The notes under the pieces are model-generated. The model made no database searches. It had not been told where the DNA came from and saw nothing but the letters and a program-made list of their open reading frames with translations. From Gammaproteobacteria bacterium (GTDB lineage Bacteria > Pseudomonadota > Gammaproteobacteria > JBAYZB01), in assembly GCA_041672765.1 (NCBI GenBank), contig JBAYZB010000002.1, positions 1 through 47,437 of the forward strand: a stretch of DNA of 47,437 nt, written 5' to 3'. A program made the position numbers and the translations under genes. Shown here piece by piece: positions 27,353-38,018 of the stretch. Positions within the stretch are counted from its first letter, which is position 1; each line of letters opens with the position of its first letter.

Positions 27353-28771
27353 TTGATTAAGAAGATCCTGATTGCTAACCGCGGCGAGGTCGCTGTGCGT
27401 ATCGCGCGCGCCTGCGCTGAAATGGGTATAACTTCGGTTGCCATCTACGCAGACGCGGATCGGCACGCCCTGCACGTCCGGAAGGCCGACGAGGCTTACA
27501 GTATCGGCCCGGATTCCGTCGCGGGGTATCTGAACGCGCATCGCATCGTCAACCTGGCGGTTGCGACAGGGTGTGATGCGCTGCACCCCGGCTACGGTTT
27601 CCTCTCGGAAAATCCGCAACTCGCCGAGATCTGCGCGCGCCGCGGAATCCGTTTCATCGGCCCGAACGCCGAAGTCATTCGCCGCATGGGCGATAAGACC
27701 GAAGCACGCCGCATGATGCAGGAAGCCAGCGTCCCGGTGGTGCCCGGCAGCGACGGTAATCTACGCAACGTCGAGGATGCACTGGCCTTGGCCGAGCAGA
27801 TCGGCTACCCGGTTATGCTGAAAGCCACCTCTGGAGGCGGCGGGCGCGGAATACGCCGCTGCAACAGCGCCGAAGAACTGCAGCGAAACTTTGACCGGGT
27901 CCTGTCGGAAGCGACCAAAGCCTTCGGCCGGGCGGATGTATTTCTGGAGAAGTGCATCGTGGCGCCGCGGCATATCGAAGTGCAGGTCCTCGCCGACAGC
28001 TTCGGCAACGTGATTCACCTGTTCGAGCGGGACTGCTCCATACAACGCCGTCACCAAAAGCTCATCGAGATCGCTCCATCCCCGCAGCTTACCGACGAAC
28101 AGCGGCAGACGATCGGCGAGTATGCCGTGCGCGCGGCGCGCGCCGTCGGATACGAAAATGCAGGTACGGTAGAATTCCTGATGGACGACGATGGAAATTT
28201 CTATTTCATGGAGATGAATACGCGCCTGCAGGTCGAGCACACGGTCACCGAACAGATCACCGGCATCGACATCGTGCAGGAACAGATCCGGATCGCCGCG
28301 GGCCTTCCTCTCCGCTATCGCCAGGAAGACGTGCAATACCGCGGCATGGCCATGGAATTCCGGATCAACGCCGAGGACCCGAAAAACGACTTCCTGCCAA
28401 GTTTCGGTCGTATCACCCGCTACTTCGCCCCGGGCGGTCCGGGTGTCCGCACCGATGCGGCGATTTACACGGGATATTACGTGCCGCCCTACTATGATTC
28501 CCTATGCCTCAAGCTCACTGTCTGGGGGCTGGATTGGGAAGAACTGCTCAACCGCGCACAACGCGCACTGAACGATATGGGCGTCTACGGGATCAAGACC
28601 ACCATCCCCTATCATCTGGAGATACTCAGGTCGCCGGAGTTCCGCAGCGGCCGGTTCGATACTTCGTTTGTGGAGAACCATCCGGAGCTGGTGAATTATT
28701 CGCCTCGCCGCTCATCGCGCGAGCTGTCCGCCGCAATCGCGGCGGCGCTCGCTGCGCAAATGGGGTTGTGA
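27353..28771 (+). CDS. pycA: Biotin carboxylase subunit (pyruvate carboxylase subunit A type)
   Basis: KKILIANRGEVAVRIARA; the ATP-grasp motif is MLKATSGGGGRGIRR, and EMNTRLQVEH is also present. It is paired with a carboxyltransferase/biotin-carrier subunit. I prefer the TTG at 27353, which has a GGAG 6 nt upstream. The ORF track starts at 27272, and a GTG at 27311 is also possible. Confidence 0.8.
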   Translation: MIKKILIANRGEVAVRIARACAEMGITSVAIYADADRHALHVRKADEAYSIGPDSVAGYLNAHRIVNLAVATGCDALHPGYGFLSENPQLAEICARRGIRFIGPNAEVIRRMGDKTEARRMMQEASVPVVPGSDGNLRNVEDALALAEQIGYPVMLKATSGGGGRGIRRCNSAEELQRNFDRVLSEATKAFGRADVFLEKCIVAPRHIEVQVLADSFGNVIHLFERDCSIQRRHQKLIEIAPSPQLTDEQRQTIGEYAVRAARAVGYENAGTVEFLMDDDGNFYFMEMNTRLQVEHTVTEQITGIDIVQEQIRIAAGLPLRYRQEDVQYRGMAMEFRINAEDPKNDFLPSFGRITRYFAPGGPGVRTDAAIYTGYYVPPYYDSLCLKLTVWGLDWEELLNRAQRALNDMGVYGIKTTIPYHLEILRSPEFRSGRFDTSFVENHPELVNYSPRRSSRELSAAIAAALAAQMGL

Positions 28772-28855
28772 GGCAGCGGCTTTCGATGGCGACTTCAAGA
28801 ACTTATGCAGTTAAACTCCTGTCGATAGACCACGTATTAAACGGACAATACCAAC

Positions 28856-30673
28856 ATGCCCGCCGTACAAATTACTGACGTTATCTTGCGCGACGCGCAT
28901 CAGTCGTTGATTGCCACCCGCATGCGCACCGAGGACATGCTTCCCATCTGTGACCGCCTCGACAAGGTGGGATATTGGTCACTGGAGGTCTGGGGAGGCG
29001 CCACCTTCGACGCCTGCCTGCGCTATCTGAAGGAAGACCCGTGGGAACGGCTGCGCCGTCTGCGCAAGGCATTGCCCAATACCCGGCTGCAAATGCTGTT
29101 GCGCGGCCAGAACCTGTTAGGCTACCGCCATTATTCCGACGATGTGGTACGGGCATTCGTGAAGCGCGCTGCGCATAACGGAATCGATGTGTTCCGCATC
29201 TTCGATGCCATGAACGATACGCGTAATCTGCGTGTCGCCATCGAGGAGGTCAAGCAGGCCGGCAAGCACGCCCAGGGCACCATCTCGTACACCACGAGCC
29301 CCGTCCACAACGTTGCCACATTCGTCGAGATGGCGCGGGAACTGGAAGCAATGGGCTGCGACAGCATCGCCATCAAGGACATGGCGGGGCTGCTTACCCC
29401 CATGGTGACTGCCGAACTGGTGCGCGAGCTGGTCAAGGCGGTAAACGTGCCGCTGCATCTGCACAGCCACGCCACCGCGGGCCTGTCGGACATGTGCCAG
29501 CTCAAGGCGATCGAGAACGGCTGCTACCACATTGATACGGCCATCTCGGCCTTCGCGGGCGGCGCCAGCCATCCGCCCACCGAGAGCATGGTCGCCGCCC
29601 TGCGGGGAACGGAGTACGACACCGGACTCGATCTTGAGTTGCTGCAGGAGATCGGCTTCTACTTCCGCGAAGTTCGCAAGAAATACAAGCACTTCGAGAG
29701 CGAATTCACCGGCATCGACACCCGTGTACAGGTCAACCAGGTGCCGGGCGGCATGATCTCGAACCTGTACAGCCAACTGCGTGAGCAGGGCGCACTCGAC
29801 CGCATGAACGAGGTGCTGGCGGAGATTCCGCGGGTGCGCGAGGACCTGGGCTACCCGCCGCTGGTCACCCCCACCTCGCAGATCGTCGGCACTCAGGCCC
29901 TGCTCAATGTCCTGACCGGTACGCGTTACAAGAGCATCACCAATGAAGTGAAGCTCTACCTGCAGGGCCGCTACGGCAAAGCGCCGGGGCCGGTCAACCC
30001 CATCGTGCGCCAGCAGGCGATCGGCAACGAGGACATCATCGATTGCCGTCCCGCCGACGCCCTCAAAGATGAGATGAACAATCTGCGTTTGCAGATCGGG
30101 GAACTGGCGGAGTCCGAGGAGGATGTGCTCACCTACGCGATGTTCCCGGAGATCGGCCGCGACTTCCTGGAGAAGCGGCGCTCCGGCAAGATCGTCCCCG
30201 AACCCCTGGAGCCGATAGAGGAATCCAGCGGAGGCAAGGGCGCGGCAACGGAGTTCAACGTCACGCTCCACGGCGAGACCTACCACATCAAGATTACCGG
30301 AACCGGTCACTGGAGCCGCGACAAGCGTCCCTACTACGTATCGGTGGACGGCATACCCGAGGAGATCATCGTCGAAACCCTGGAGGAGGTTTTCCCCGGC
30401 GGGGGGACCGAGAAGAACAATAACCGGAAGGGCGGCAGTTCGCGTCCGCGTGCCACTGAACCCGGCCATGTCACGACCTCCATGCCGGGCACCATCGTCG
30501 ACGTACTCGTCAAGGTCGGGGACGAAGTGAAGGCTGGCGACCCGGTGCTGATCACCGAGGCCATGAAAATGGAGACCGAGGTGCAGGCCCCCATCGCCGG
30601 CAAGGTGGTTGCCGTACATGTTGCTAAAGGCGACTCCGTCACTCCGGACGATGCTCTGATCGAGATCGAGTAA
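28856..30673 (+). CDS. pycB: Pyruvate carboxylase subunit B (carboxyltransferase + biotinyl domain; oxaloacetate decarboxylase alpha-like)
   Basis: The HMGL-like N-terminus is [13 protein letters not shown]. The C-terminal biotin attachment motif is EAMKMETEV. Confidence 0.8.
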   Translation: MPAVQITDVILRDAHQSLIATRMRTEDMLPICDRLDKVGYWSLEVWGGATFDACLRYLKEDPWERLRRLRKALPNTRLQMLLRGQNLLGYRHYSDDVVRAFVKRAAHNGIDVFRIFDAMNDTRNLRVAIEEVKQAGKHAQGTISYTTSPVHNVATFVEMARELEAMGCDSIAIKDMAGLLTPMVTAELVRELVKAVNVPLHLHSHATAGLSDMCQLKAIENGCYHIDTAISAFAGGASHPPTESMVAALRGTEYDTGLDLELLQEIGFYFREVRKKYKHFESEFTGIDTRVQVNQVPGGMISNLYSQLREQGALDRMNEVLAEIPRVREDLGYPPLVTPTSQIVGTQALLNVLTGTRYKSITNEVKLYLQGRYGKAPGPVNPIVRQQAIGNEDIIDCRPADALKDEMNNLRLQIGELAESEEDVLTYAMFPEIGRDFLEKRRSGKIVPEPLEPIEESSGGKGAATEFNVTLHGETYHIKITGTGHWSRDKRPYYVSVDGIPEEIIVETLEEVFPGGGTEKNNNRKGGSSRPRATEPGHVTTSMPGTIVDVLVKVGDEVKAGDPVLITEAMKMETEVQAPIAGKVVAVHVAKGDSVTPDDALIEIE

Positions 30674-30675
30674 TC

Positions 30676-31281
30676 TTGACGAACTCGGCCATCATGGTTA
30701 CGCCGCCGCGACTCGTCCTCGCCTCCACCTCCCCCTATCGGCGGGAGCTGCTGGGCAGATTGGGGCTTGCGTTCGAAACCGCGGCGCCGGAGGTGGACGA
30801 GTCACGCATTCCGGAAGAATTCCCCGAGGCGCTGGTGCGCCGCCTGGCGGAAGCCAAGGCGCGCGCGGTCGCGGCCCGCTTCCCCGAAGCCCTGATCATC
30901 GGCTCCGATCAGGTGGCTATCGTCGACGGAATGATCCTGGGCAAACCGGGAACGCACGTTGCCGCCGCCGCGCAGCTACACAGGCTCTCCGGTCGTCGGG
31001 TTACCTTTCTGACCGGCCTTTGCCTGCTGAACGCCAACTCCGGCCGCGTTCAACTGGACGTCATTCCATTCCACGTGATATTCCGGACACTGACCGAGGA
31101 TATGGTCGAAAACTACCTGCGGCGCGAGCAACCTTACGACTGCGCCGGGAGCTTCAAATCGGAAGGACTCGGAATCGCGCTCTTCGAGCGGCTGGAGGGC
31201 GATGATCCCACCGCCCTCGTCGGCCTGCCATTGATTCGCCTCAGCCGCATGCTGGAGGCGGAGAACCTGCCGGTTCTTTAA
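30676..31281 (+). CDS. maf: Maf-like nucleoside triphosphate pyrophosphatase (YceF subfamily)
   Basis: [17 protein letters not shown] motif. The TTG at 30676 lies 2 nt after the pycB stop; an ATG at 30694 is the alternative. Confidence 0.85.
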   Translation: MTNSAIMVTPPRLVLASTSPYRRELLGRLGLAFETAAPEVDESRIPEEFPEALVRRLAEAKARAVAARFPEALIIGSDQVAIVDGMILGKPGTHVAAAAQLHRLSGRRVTFLTGLCLLNANSGRVQLDVIPFHVIFRTLTEDMVENYLRREQPYDCAGSFKSEGLGIALFERLEGDDPTALVGLPLIRLSRMLEAENLPVL

Positions 31282-31326
31282 CCCAGGCGTGCGTGCGCCA
31301 TCCATCTCCTGGATAACGCAGATTCT

Positions 31327-32334
31327 CTATCGCAGCCGCTGCGGCCAGGAGACAAGCGCGCGCAGCGAGTGCACGACAGAAACCCCCACCTCGTCGGCCA
31401 GGCGCCGCAAAAAATCCGGGCGTGGCGTGAAATCCACGATCTCCGGCGCGCCGATGATCTCCCGTGCGACATAACTACTGCTACCGAGTTCGTCGACCAG
31501 CCCGAGTTCCAGGCTCTGCTCGCCGGTCCACACCAGGCCGCTGAACAACACGCTGTCTTCGCCTTTCAGACGGTCGCCGCGGCCGCGCTTCACCACATCG
31601 ATGAACTGCCGATGCACAGCGTCCAGCAGTTCCTGCACATGCCGCAGTTCCCCCGGTTTGACGGGGGAGAACGGGTCGAGGAATCCCTTGTGATCGCCGG
31701 CGGTAAGCAGACGCCGCTCGACGCCGAGCTTATTCATGGTGTCGACGAAACCGAAGCCGTTCATCACCACGCCGATGGAGCCCACGATGCTGGCCTTGTC
31801 CGCGTAGATCCGATCGGCAGCGGCCGCAACGTAATACCCGCCCGAGGCACATATGTCGGTGATGACCGCATACAACGGAGTTTCCGGGTACTGCTTGCGC
31901 AACCGAACGATCTCATCGTTGATATAGCCAGCCTGAACCGGGCTGCCCCCGGGGCTGTTGATGCGCAGAATCACGCCTGCCGTCCGCTTGTCCTCGAAGG
32001 CCCGCCGCAGGCCCGTGATGATCTGATCAGCGCTGGCCTGCGTGTTGTCGGCGATCTCGCCCTGCACTTCCACCAATGCCGTGTGTCGGGCCGCCCGGAT
32101 CGGCGCGCTTTCCATGCCCGCACCAAACACCATCAGCAGCAGGATGAACAGGTACGCAAAACCCAGGGACTTGAAGAATATCCCCCAACGGCGGGCACGG
32201 CGCTGTTCGTTCACCGCGGCGAACAGCAATCGATTGATCAGATCCCGCTCCCAATGCTCCGCACCCGCCTCAGGTCCGGGCGCGCTCCGTGTTGCGGCCT
32301 GTTCCTTGGATATTTCCGTTTCGCGATCAGACAT
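31327..32334 (-). CDS. sppA: Signal peptide peptidase SppA, 36K type
   Basis: An N-terminal TM segment is followed by CASGGYYVAAAADRIYADKASIVGSIGV, the serine protease motif. Confidence 0.88.
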   Translation of the reverse strand: MSDRETEISKEQAATRSAPGPEAGAEHWERDLINRLLFAAVNEQRRARRWGIFFKSLGFAYLFILLLMVFGAGMESAPIRAARHTALVEVQGEIADNTQASADQIITGLRRAFEDKRTAGVILRINSPGGSPVQAGYINDEIVRLRKQYPETPLYAVITDICASGGYYVAAAADRIYADKASIVGSIGVVMNGFGFVDTMNKLGVERRLLTAGDHKGFLDPFSPVKPGELRHVQELLDAVHRQFIDVVKRGRGDRLKGEDSVLFSGLVWTGEQSLELGLVDELGSSSYVAREIIGAPEIVDFTPRPDFLRRLADEVGVSVVHSLRALVSWPQRLR

Positions 32335-32405
32335 ATCGAGTACCTACTCATTGACCAGCCAGACCAGGTTCCAGCGCGTGGCGTCACCGCCGCCACGAAC
32401 CCAAC

Positions 32406-33116
32406 TCATCCCCCCGTCGCCGCTTGGCCCAGGCCCGGAAAGGCCGCTGCCGATGCTCCCCGCCCCTGCCTCAGCCAACCGGGCAGTTCACTGATGGCGT
32501 CGACCGATCCCAAAGGATTATGGCGCAGCAGCCGGGCGCGCTCGTGGACGCCGTAGGTAACGGCCAACGCAAAGGCCTGCGCGTTGTTCGCCATTTCCAT
32601 ATCGTATTCGGTATCTCCGATCATCAAGGTGTGTTCCGGGGCGACCGCCAGTTCATCCATGATCTCCAGCAGCATCTGCGGATGCGGCTTGGAACGGGTT
32701 TCGTCCGCGCAGCGCGTCACGTGAAAAAGCTCCCGTAATCCGCTCTCCTCCAGCACCTTGTCCAGCCCGCGCCGGCCCTTGCCGGTCGCCACCGCCAGCA
32801 GGTAACCCTCCTCGTGCAGGGTCTGCAGGACCGTATCGGCGGATGGGAACAGCACCGCCGGGGTTGGATCGGCGCCCAGGAAATAATGGCGATAGCAGTC
32901 CGTGAACCGCTGATGAAAACCGTCATCTTGCCCGGGGAACAGGGTATCGATGGCCTCCCGCAATCCCAGCCCGATGATGTTCCTGATCGCGCCCTCGCTG
33001 CGCGCCTCCAACCCCAGGTCCTGAATGGCAGCGCGGATGCACGCGACAATGCGCGGAACGGAATCCATCACGGTCCCGTCCCAGTCGAACACCAGCAACT
33101 TGAATCGGTCAGTCAT
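32406..33116 (-). CDS. HAD-IA family hydrolase (phosphoglycolate phosphatase-like)
   Basis: LLVFDWDGTVMDS (DxDGT) and MIGDTEYDMEMA motifs. The ATG at 33116 overlaps the rluC stop by 8 nt. Confidence 0.82.
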   Translation of the reverse strand: MTDRFKLLVFDWDGTVMDSVPRIVACIRAAIQDLGLEARSEGAIRNIIGLGLREAIDTLFPGQDDGFHQRFTDCYRHYFLGADPTPAVLFPSADTVLQTLHEEGYLLAVATGKGRRGLDKVLEESGLRELFHVTRCADETRSKPHPQMLLEIMDELAVAPEHTLMIGDTEYDMEMANNAQAFALAVTYGVHERARLLRHNPLGSVDAISELPGWLRQGRGASAAAFPGLGQAATGG

Positions 33117-34071
33117 CTTTATCTTCCAAGTTCTCCAATACGAGCCGCAGGTCATCGTCAAGGGGCGCACTCACGGAAACCTCCTCCTTGGTCCCGGGCA
33201 AACGGAATGCAACGAAATGCGCGTGCAGAAACAATCGCTTCAGGCCGAATTTACGCATCCAGCGGTTGAACTCCGCATCGCCGTACTTCTCGTCACCGGC
33301 GATGGGCTGCCCGATATGGGCGGCATGCACGCGTATCTGATGGGTACGCCCGGTAGCGAGCATGACTTCCACCAGGCTTGCCTGCCGGAACCGGGTCACC
33401 GGCTTGAACAGGCTGACGGCGGGCTTGCCCTCCTCGCTGACCCGGACGATGCGTTCGCCGCCCTGCAACACGTTCTTGCGCAGCGGCGCCGTTATCTCAC
33501 GCAAGCCTCCCTCCCAACGGCCGGCCAACAGCACCAGATAGCGCTTCTCCACTTTCCCCTGCCGCAACAACTCGTGCAGGCCGCGCAACACGCTGCGCTT
33601 TTTCGCCACCATCAAACAGCCCGAGGTATCCCGGTCCAACCGGTGCACCAGCTCCAGGTGCCGGGCTTCGGGACGCATTGTCCGCAGTGCCTCGATCACA
33701 CCGTAGCTGACCCCACTGCCTCCATGCACGGCCATTCCTGCAGGTTTGTTAAGGACAATCAACCCGCCGTCTTCATACAAGATACGGCTCTGCAAGCGCT
33801 CCACAGTGCCGGGCAACGGCCGAACTTCACCCGATTCAGCCAATCGAATCGGGGGGATGCGCACCTTGTCACCCGCCTGCAGCCGATATTCCGGGCGCGT
33901 CCGCCCACCGTTTACGCGCACCTCACCCTTGCGCAATATCCTGTATATATGGCTCTTCGGCACACCTTTCAGCTGGCTCGCCAGAAAGTTGTCGACGCGC
34001 TGCCCCACGCGTTCCACGTCGATCTCGATGATGCGGGCACCCGACTGCCCTTTGGAGAGAGGGTTGTTCAT
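33109..34071 (-). CDS. rluC: 23S rRNA pseudouridine synthase RluC
   Basis: An S4-like N-terminus is followed by the catalytic motif HRLDRDTSGCLMVAK. The gene is divergent from rne, as in E. coli. The start is the Met at 34071 (MNNPLSKG...). Confidence 0.9.
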   Translation of the reverse strand: MNNPLSKGQSGARIIEIDVERVGQRVDNFLASQLKGVPKSHIYRILRKGEVRVNGGRTRPEYRLQAGDKVRIPPIRLAESGEVRPLPGTVERLQSRILYEDGGLIVLNKPAGMAVHGGSGVSYGVIEALRTMRPEARHLELVHRLDRDTSGCLMVAKKRSVLRGLHELLRQGKVEKRYLVLLAGRWEGGLREITAPLRKNVLQGGERIVRVSEEGKPAVSLFKPVTRFRQASLVEVMLATGRTHQIRVHAAHIGQPIAGDEKYGDAEFNRWMRKFGLKRLFLHAHFVAFRLPGTKEEVSVSAPLDDDLRLVLENLEDKDD

Positions 34072-34224
34072 GGGCAGATGATACCAGCTTGCACCAGAAC
34101 CTGCGGAACGTGCGGGACTTATACGCAAAAAAGGTCCCAGCCCTTACTACACAAAGCTAATATCCTAATAAGGGCTGGCGCAAATGAAACGTTCCCGAGG
34201 CCAGGAATCGCCATATCCTTTCAA

Positions 34225-34253
34225 TTGATGCACTTGGCCAACGCTGTTATAGT
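34225..34253 (+). promoter_or_regulatory. Candidate sigma70 promoter for rne
   Basis: TTGATG (34225-34230), a 17-bp spacer, then TATAGT (34248-34253). This would give a leader of roughly 510 nt. Confidence 0.35.
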
Positions 34254-34771
34254 AACTTGACCGTTGTTGGCACAACTCGATCGCCGCTTTCAAACGCCAA
34301 GATCGATTGGGCAGCAACACCGGTTTCTTGATGCCGCCACTCTCACAATACAGGCAGAGATGCCGCTCGACGGCTAAAGGCCAATCCCAGGAGCGACCGT
34401 GATTGCGATCACTCGTTGCGGACACTTGCCGCTGATGTCCACAGGCCGATGGTCCTTGCAGGGCCTGCGGTTGTGGTTGGCGCTCGCCTGGAGCGTAGCA
34501 CGGGTCTTCTTGTCGTTGCCCCGTGAGTCTGAGTGGAAAGGCAAGGGTTTTGGCGTCACTCGGCCCTCTTTCGATCAAAGAGTGATGAACAACCGTGCCC
34601 TCCCCCTCGTTGCACGGTCACGCAGATCAGATTATGAAGTCGGACGCAGTCATGCCGTCATGCGTTCCCATGGCTGGATCGTCGTTGCGCTCCTGTCTTG
34701 CGCCCGACCGCTGGTACTGCTTGCCCATTATGGTCGACGGGTGGTAGGCGAGCACCTACGAGATTGGAAAC
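34254..34771 (+). promoter_or_regulatory. Long structured 5' leader of rne (probable autoregulatory UTR)
   Basis: The rluC-rne spacer is 700 bp with no credible ORF. It contains several stem-loops, for example GTGAT-TGCG-ATCAC at 34399-34412 and CTCTTT-CGATC-AAAGAG at 34566-34582. E. coli rne is known to have a long autoregulatory leader. Confidence 0.5.
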
Positions 34772-37447
34772 ATGAAAAGAATGCTCATAAATGCAACTCA
34801 GCCGGAAGAGCTGAGGGTGGCCGTCGTGGACGGCCAGAAGCTTTACGATCTGGATATCGAAACCCTTTCCAGGGAACAGAAGAAGTCCAACATCTACAAA
34901 GGAAAGATCACCCGCATCGAACCGAGCCTGGAAGCCGCGTTCGTGGACTACGGCGCGGAACGTCATGGGTTCCTGCCGCTCAAGGAGATTGCCCGCAGTT
35001 ACTTTAACCCGGAAGCTGCCGCCTCAGGCGCTCGCATCAGCATCCGGGACGCCATTCGCGAAGGGCAGGAAGTCGTCGTCCAGGTGGAAAAGGAGGAGCG
35101 CGGTACTAAAGGCGCCGCGCTGACCACCTTTCTGAGCCTGGCTGGCCGATACTTGGTGCTCATGCCCAACAACCCGCGCGCGGGCGGCGTATCACGCCGC
35201 ATCGAAGGCGAAGACCGGACCGAGATCCGGGACACGATGCGGTCTCTGAATATCCCCGAAGGAATGGGGCTGATCGTTCGCACCGCAGGAGTCGGCCGCA
35301 GCCCTGAAGAGCTGCAATGGGACCTCGATTACCTGCTCCATCTTTGGCAAGCCATCGAGAAGGCCTCCCAGGAGCGCCCCGCTCCGTTTCTGATCTATCA
35401 GGAGAGCAACATCGTCATCCGCGCCTTGCGCGACTACCTGCGCAACGACATTGGCGAGGTGCTGATCGACGATCCGAACGTGTATCAGCAGGGCGTCGAG
35501 TTCGTGCAGATGGTGATGCCCAATAATCAGCATAAACTCAAGCTCTATCGTGACAGCATCCCGCTGTTCTCCCGTTTCCAGATCGAGAGCCAGATCGAGT
35601 CAGCGTTCAGCCACGAAGTACGCCTGCCTTCCGGCGGGTCGATCGTCATCGACCACACCGAAGCGCTGGTCTCCATCGACATCAACTCGGCCCGTGCCAC
35701 CAAGGGCAGCGATATCGAAGAGACCGCGTTGAACACCAATCTCGAAGCCGCGGACGAGATTGCGCGCCAGTTGCGTCTGCGCGACTTGGGCGGACTGATC
35801 GTCATCGATTTCATCGACATGGCGACCACACGCAACCAACGGGAGGTGGAAAATCGCCTGAAGGAGGCGCTGAAAATGGACCGCGCACGCGTTCAGGTAG
35901 GGCGGATTTCCCGATTCGGCCTGTTGGAGATGTCCCGTCAGCGCCTGCGCTCTTCGCTGGGCGAGTCCAGCCGCATCGTGTGCCCCCGCTGCAGGGGCCA
36001 GGGAACGATTCGCACGGTGGAATCCCTATCGCTGTCGATCCTCCGGCTCATGCAAGAGGAGGCCATGAAGGACCGGACAGCCAGGGTGATCGCCCAGGTG
36101 CCGGCGGAGGTCGCATCATTCCTGCTGAACGAAAAGCGCTCCAGCATCACGGCCATCGAAAGCCGGTACGGCGTGACTATCGCGATTATCCCGAACCCCA
36201 ATCTCGTCACGCCTCATTACGAGGTGCAACGCGTCAAGGCGGAGGAAGGCACTGAATCGAGCGCCATCCCGAGTTACGAGTTGATGACCAAGAAGGAGGA
36301 GCCATCGGCTCTGACGCTTCCGACCCAAAAGGTTTCGTGGGAGGAACCTGCGGTGCGTTCCATTACCCCTCCGACACCGGCACCTCAGTCTGCCCCTGCC
36401 GCAGCAACGTCTGCCGTACAAGCGCAGCCGTCACAAGGGATGGGCTTCATCAAGCGTCTTTGGTCCAATCTCTTTGGCAACAGCACCGTCACCGAGACGA
36501 AACAGGCCGAACCCGCCGCGAGCCGCCCGGCACGTTCCAGCAGCACCGGACGCAGACAACAGGATGAAGCGCGTCGGGAGCGAGATCGCGACAGGCCGCG
36601 GACTTCCGGCAAACGCGCGGCCGACAAGCGCAGCAGCCCCGAACCACAGCCGCCAAGGCCGGCCCCCGCGGCCGCCCCCTCGCCCGCAGCAACGCCTGCG
36701 CAGAGACAGCCGGAACCGGAAGCCCCGCGGAAGGAACGCACCGCCGCCAGCGCACCCGAGGCTACACCCGCCAGCGGCGGCGATACTGCTGCGGCAAGCG
36801 CTGGTCCGAGCGCTTCCCGGGGACCGGGCTCTTCCCGCAGCCGCCGCGGCCGGCGCGGTGGGCGGCGGCGGCGCACCGACCAGGGAGCGGCAGAAACCCC
36901 GGAAAACGGCAGCGGCGAAGCGCCTCAGGCCGCACCGGCCACCCTCATGGAAGGGGAAACGGATACAAGCCGCGTCGAACACGGAGGAAGCGAACCGGAA
37001 CAGGGTCGTCCGGCACCAAGACACGAGCGTCCTAACAACGATCGCGTGCCCCAGGCGAAGGAGAAAGAGGACCGCGCGGAAGGATCGGGCGCAACGGCCG
37101 GCCCCGAGACAACGACACGGCGAGAACCGCGGGAATCCGCCGTTTCGGAAGCCCCCATGGCCCGGGAAGAGGCTGGCGGCAAACCCGATTCCATACCTGC
37201 TCCGGCCCCGACGGAACCCAAGTCGCAGGATTCCGAGACTCAACGGGCGCCTGAGTCTGCCGCTCGGCCAGCCGATTCTGCTGAGGGCATAACGGGTTCA
37301 GTAAAAAACTTTAATGCGCCACGCGAAGCTGAAGGAACGAACCGCAGCGAAACCGGCGCACAGGAGAAAACCAGGGATCACACCGAGGAGCATTCGGACG
37401 CTCGCGGTCCGGAACCGGACAAACAGGCCGGTTGCTCGAACCAGTAG
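34772..37447 (+). CDS. rne: Ribonuclease E
   Basis: The N-terminus is [30 protein letters not shown]. An S1 domain and a catalytic domain follow, with the CPRCRGQG Zn-link. The C-terminal half is a low-complexity Arg/Pro/Ala/Glu-rich scaffold that includes [11 protein letters not shown]. Confidence 0.95.
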   Translation: MKRMLINATQPEELRVAVVDGQKLYDLDIETLSREQKKSNIYKGKITRIEPSLEAAFVDYGAERHGFLPLKEIARSYFNPEAAASGARISIRDAIREGQEVVVQVEKEERGTKGAALTTFLSLAGRYLVLMPNNPRAGGVSRRIEGEDRTEIRDTMRSLNIPEGMGLIVRTAGVGRSPEELQWDLDYLLHLWQAIEKASQERPAPFLIYQESNIVIRALRDYLRNDIGEVLIDDPNVYQQGVEFVQMVMPNNQHKLKLYRDSIPLFSRFQIESQIESAFSHEVRLPSGGSIVIDHTEALVSIDINSARATKGSDIEETALNTNLEAADEIARQLRLRDLGGLIVIDFIDMATTRNQREVENRLKEALKMDRARVQVGRISRFGLLEMSRQRLRSSLGESSRIVCPRCRGQGTIRTVESLSLSILRLMQEEAMKDRTARVIAQVPAEVASFLLNEKRSSITAIESRYGVTIAIIPNPNLVTPHYEVQRVKAEEGTESSAIPSYELMTKKEEPSALTLPTQKVSWEEPAVRSITPPTPAPQSAPAAATSAVQAQPSQGMGFIKRLWSNLFGNSTVTETKQAEPAASRPARSSSTGRRQQDEARRERDRDRPRTSGKRAADKRSSPEPQPPRPAPAAAPSPAATPAQRQPEPEAPRKERTAASAPEATPASGGDTAAASAGPSASRGPGSSRSRRGRRGGRRRRTDQGAAETPENGSGEAPQAAPATLMEGETDTSRVEHGGSEPEQGRPAPRHERPNNDRVPQAKEKEDRAEGSGATAGPETTTRREPRESAVSEAPMAREEAGGKPDSIPAPAPTEPKSQDSETQRAPESAARPADSAEGITGSVKNFNAPREAEGTNRSETGAQEKTRDHTEEHSDARGPEPDKQAGCSNQ

Positions 37448-37483
37448 CGGCATGCCAGCCGCTTTACCGCGGTGACTCCACAC

Positions 37484-37526
37484 CACCAAGCCCGGGGCGG
37501 GCGCTTGCCGCGCCCCGGGCTTGGTG
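37484..37526. terminator. Very strong hairpin between convergent rne and ptp (bidirectional terminator / RNA-stabilising stem)
   Basis: CACCAAGCCCGGGGCG (37484-37499) pairs perfectly with CGCCCCGGGCTTGGTG (37511-37526), a 16-bp stem. A further 3 bp can form inside the 11-nt loop. There is no U-tract on either side. Confidence 0.6.
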
Positions 37527-37529
37527 CCA

Positions 37530-38018
37530 TCAGACGCTCGTTCGCGTACGCAGCAGTTCCCGTATTTCCGTCATCAAACCGAGCGCGGCCTCTTCCACCA
37601 GATCCAGCACACGCTCGAACCCGCTTTCACCGCCGTAATAGGGATCCGGCACCTCCGTTTCCCCAAGATGGGGAGCAAACTCCAGGAAAAGCTTGAGCTT
37701 ATGCTCCTTGCCCGCTGGGCAGATGGTGCGCAGATGACGGTAGTTCTGCCGGTCCATGGCCAGGACATAATCGAAGTGCTCGAAATCCGCCGGGAGCACC
37801 ACCCGGGCCCGTAACGGCCGCAGATCAATCCCCCGTTTCAGTGCGGCCGAGATGGCGCGCCCATCCGGTGGATTCCCCACGTGATAGGCATGAGTTCCCG
37901 CCGAGTCCACCTGGACCAGGTCGATAAGCCCCTCGTCTTGAAGCAGTTTGCGAAAAACTCCATGCGCCGTTGGCGAACGGCAGATGTTGCCCATACAACA
38001 GAAAAGCACTTTGACCAT
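37530..38018 (-). CDS. ptp: Low-molecular-weight protein-tyrosine phosphatase
   Basis: The CMGNICRSP P-loop (CX5R-S) and the DPYYG general-acid motif. Confidence 0.9.
   Translation of the reverse strand: MVKVLFCCMGNICRSPTAHGVFRKLLQDEGLIDLVQVDSAGTHAYHVGNPPDGRAISAALKRGIDLRPLRARVVLPADFEHFDYVLAMDRQNYRHLRTICPAGKEHKLKLFLEFAPHLGETEVPDPYYGGESGFERVLDLVEEAALGLMTEIRELLRTRTSV

Noticed and set aside
34399-34412. GTGA-N6-TCAC resembling the core of a CRP/Vfr site.
   Set aside because: The flanking bases do not fit TGTGA/TCACA. It lies deep inside the rne leader, where a 5-bp RNA hairpin with a tetraloop is the simpler reading.
34165-35007. ORFs 34165..34578 (minus strand) and 34399..35007 (plus strand) inside the rluC-rne spacer.
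   Set aside because: They have no RBS and odd composition. The second runs out of frame into the rne coding region. The region is better explained as the rne leader.
36300-37447. Repetitive-looking GC-rich DNA that might have been a tandem repeat or array.
   Set aside because: It is the in-frame low-complexity Arg/Pro/Ala/Glu-rich C-terminal scaffold of RNase E. It has no regular repeat/spacer periodicity.
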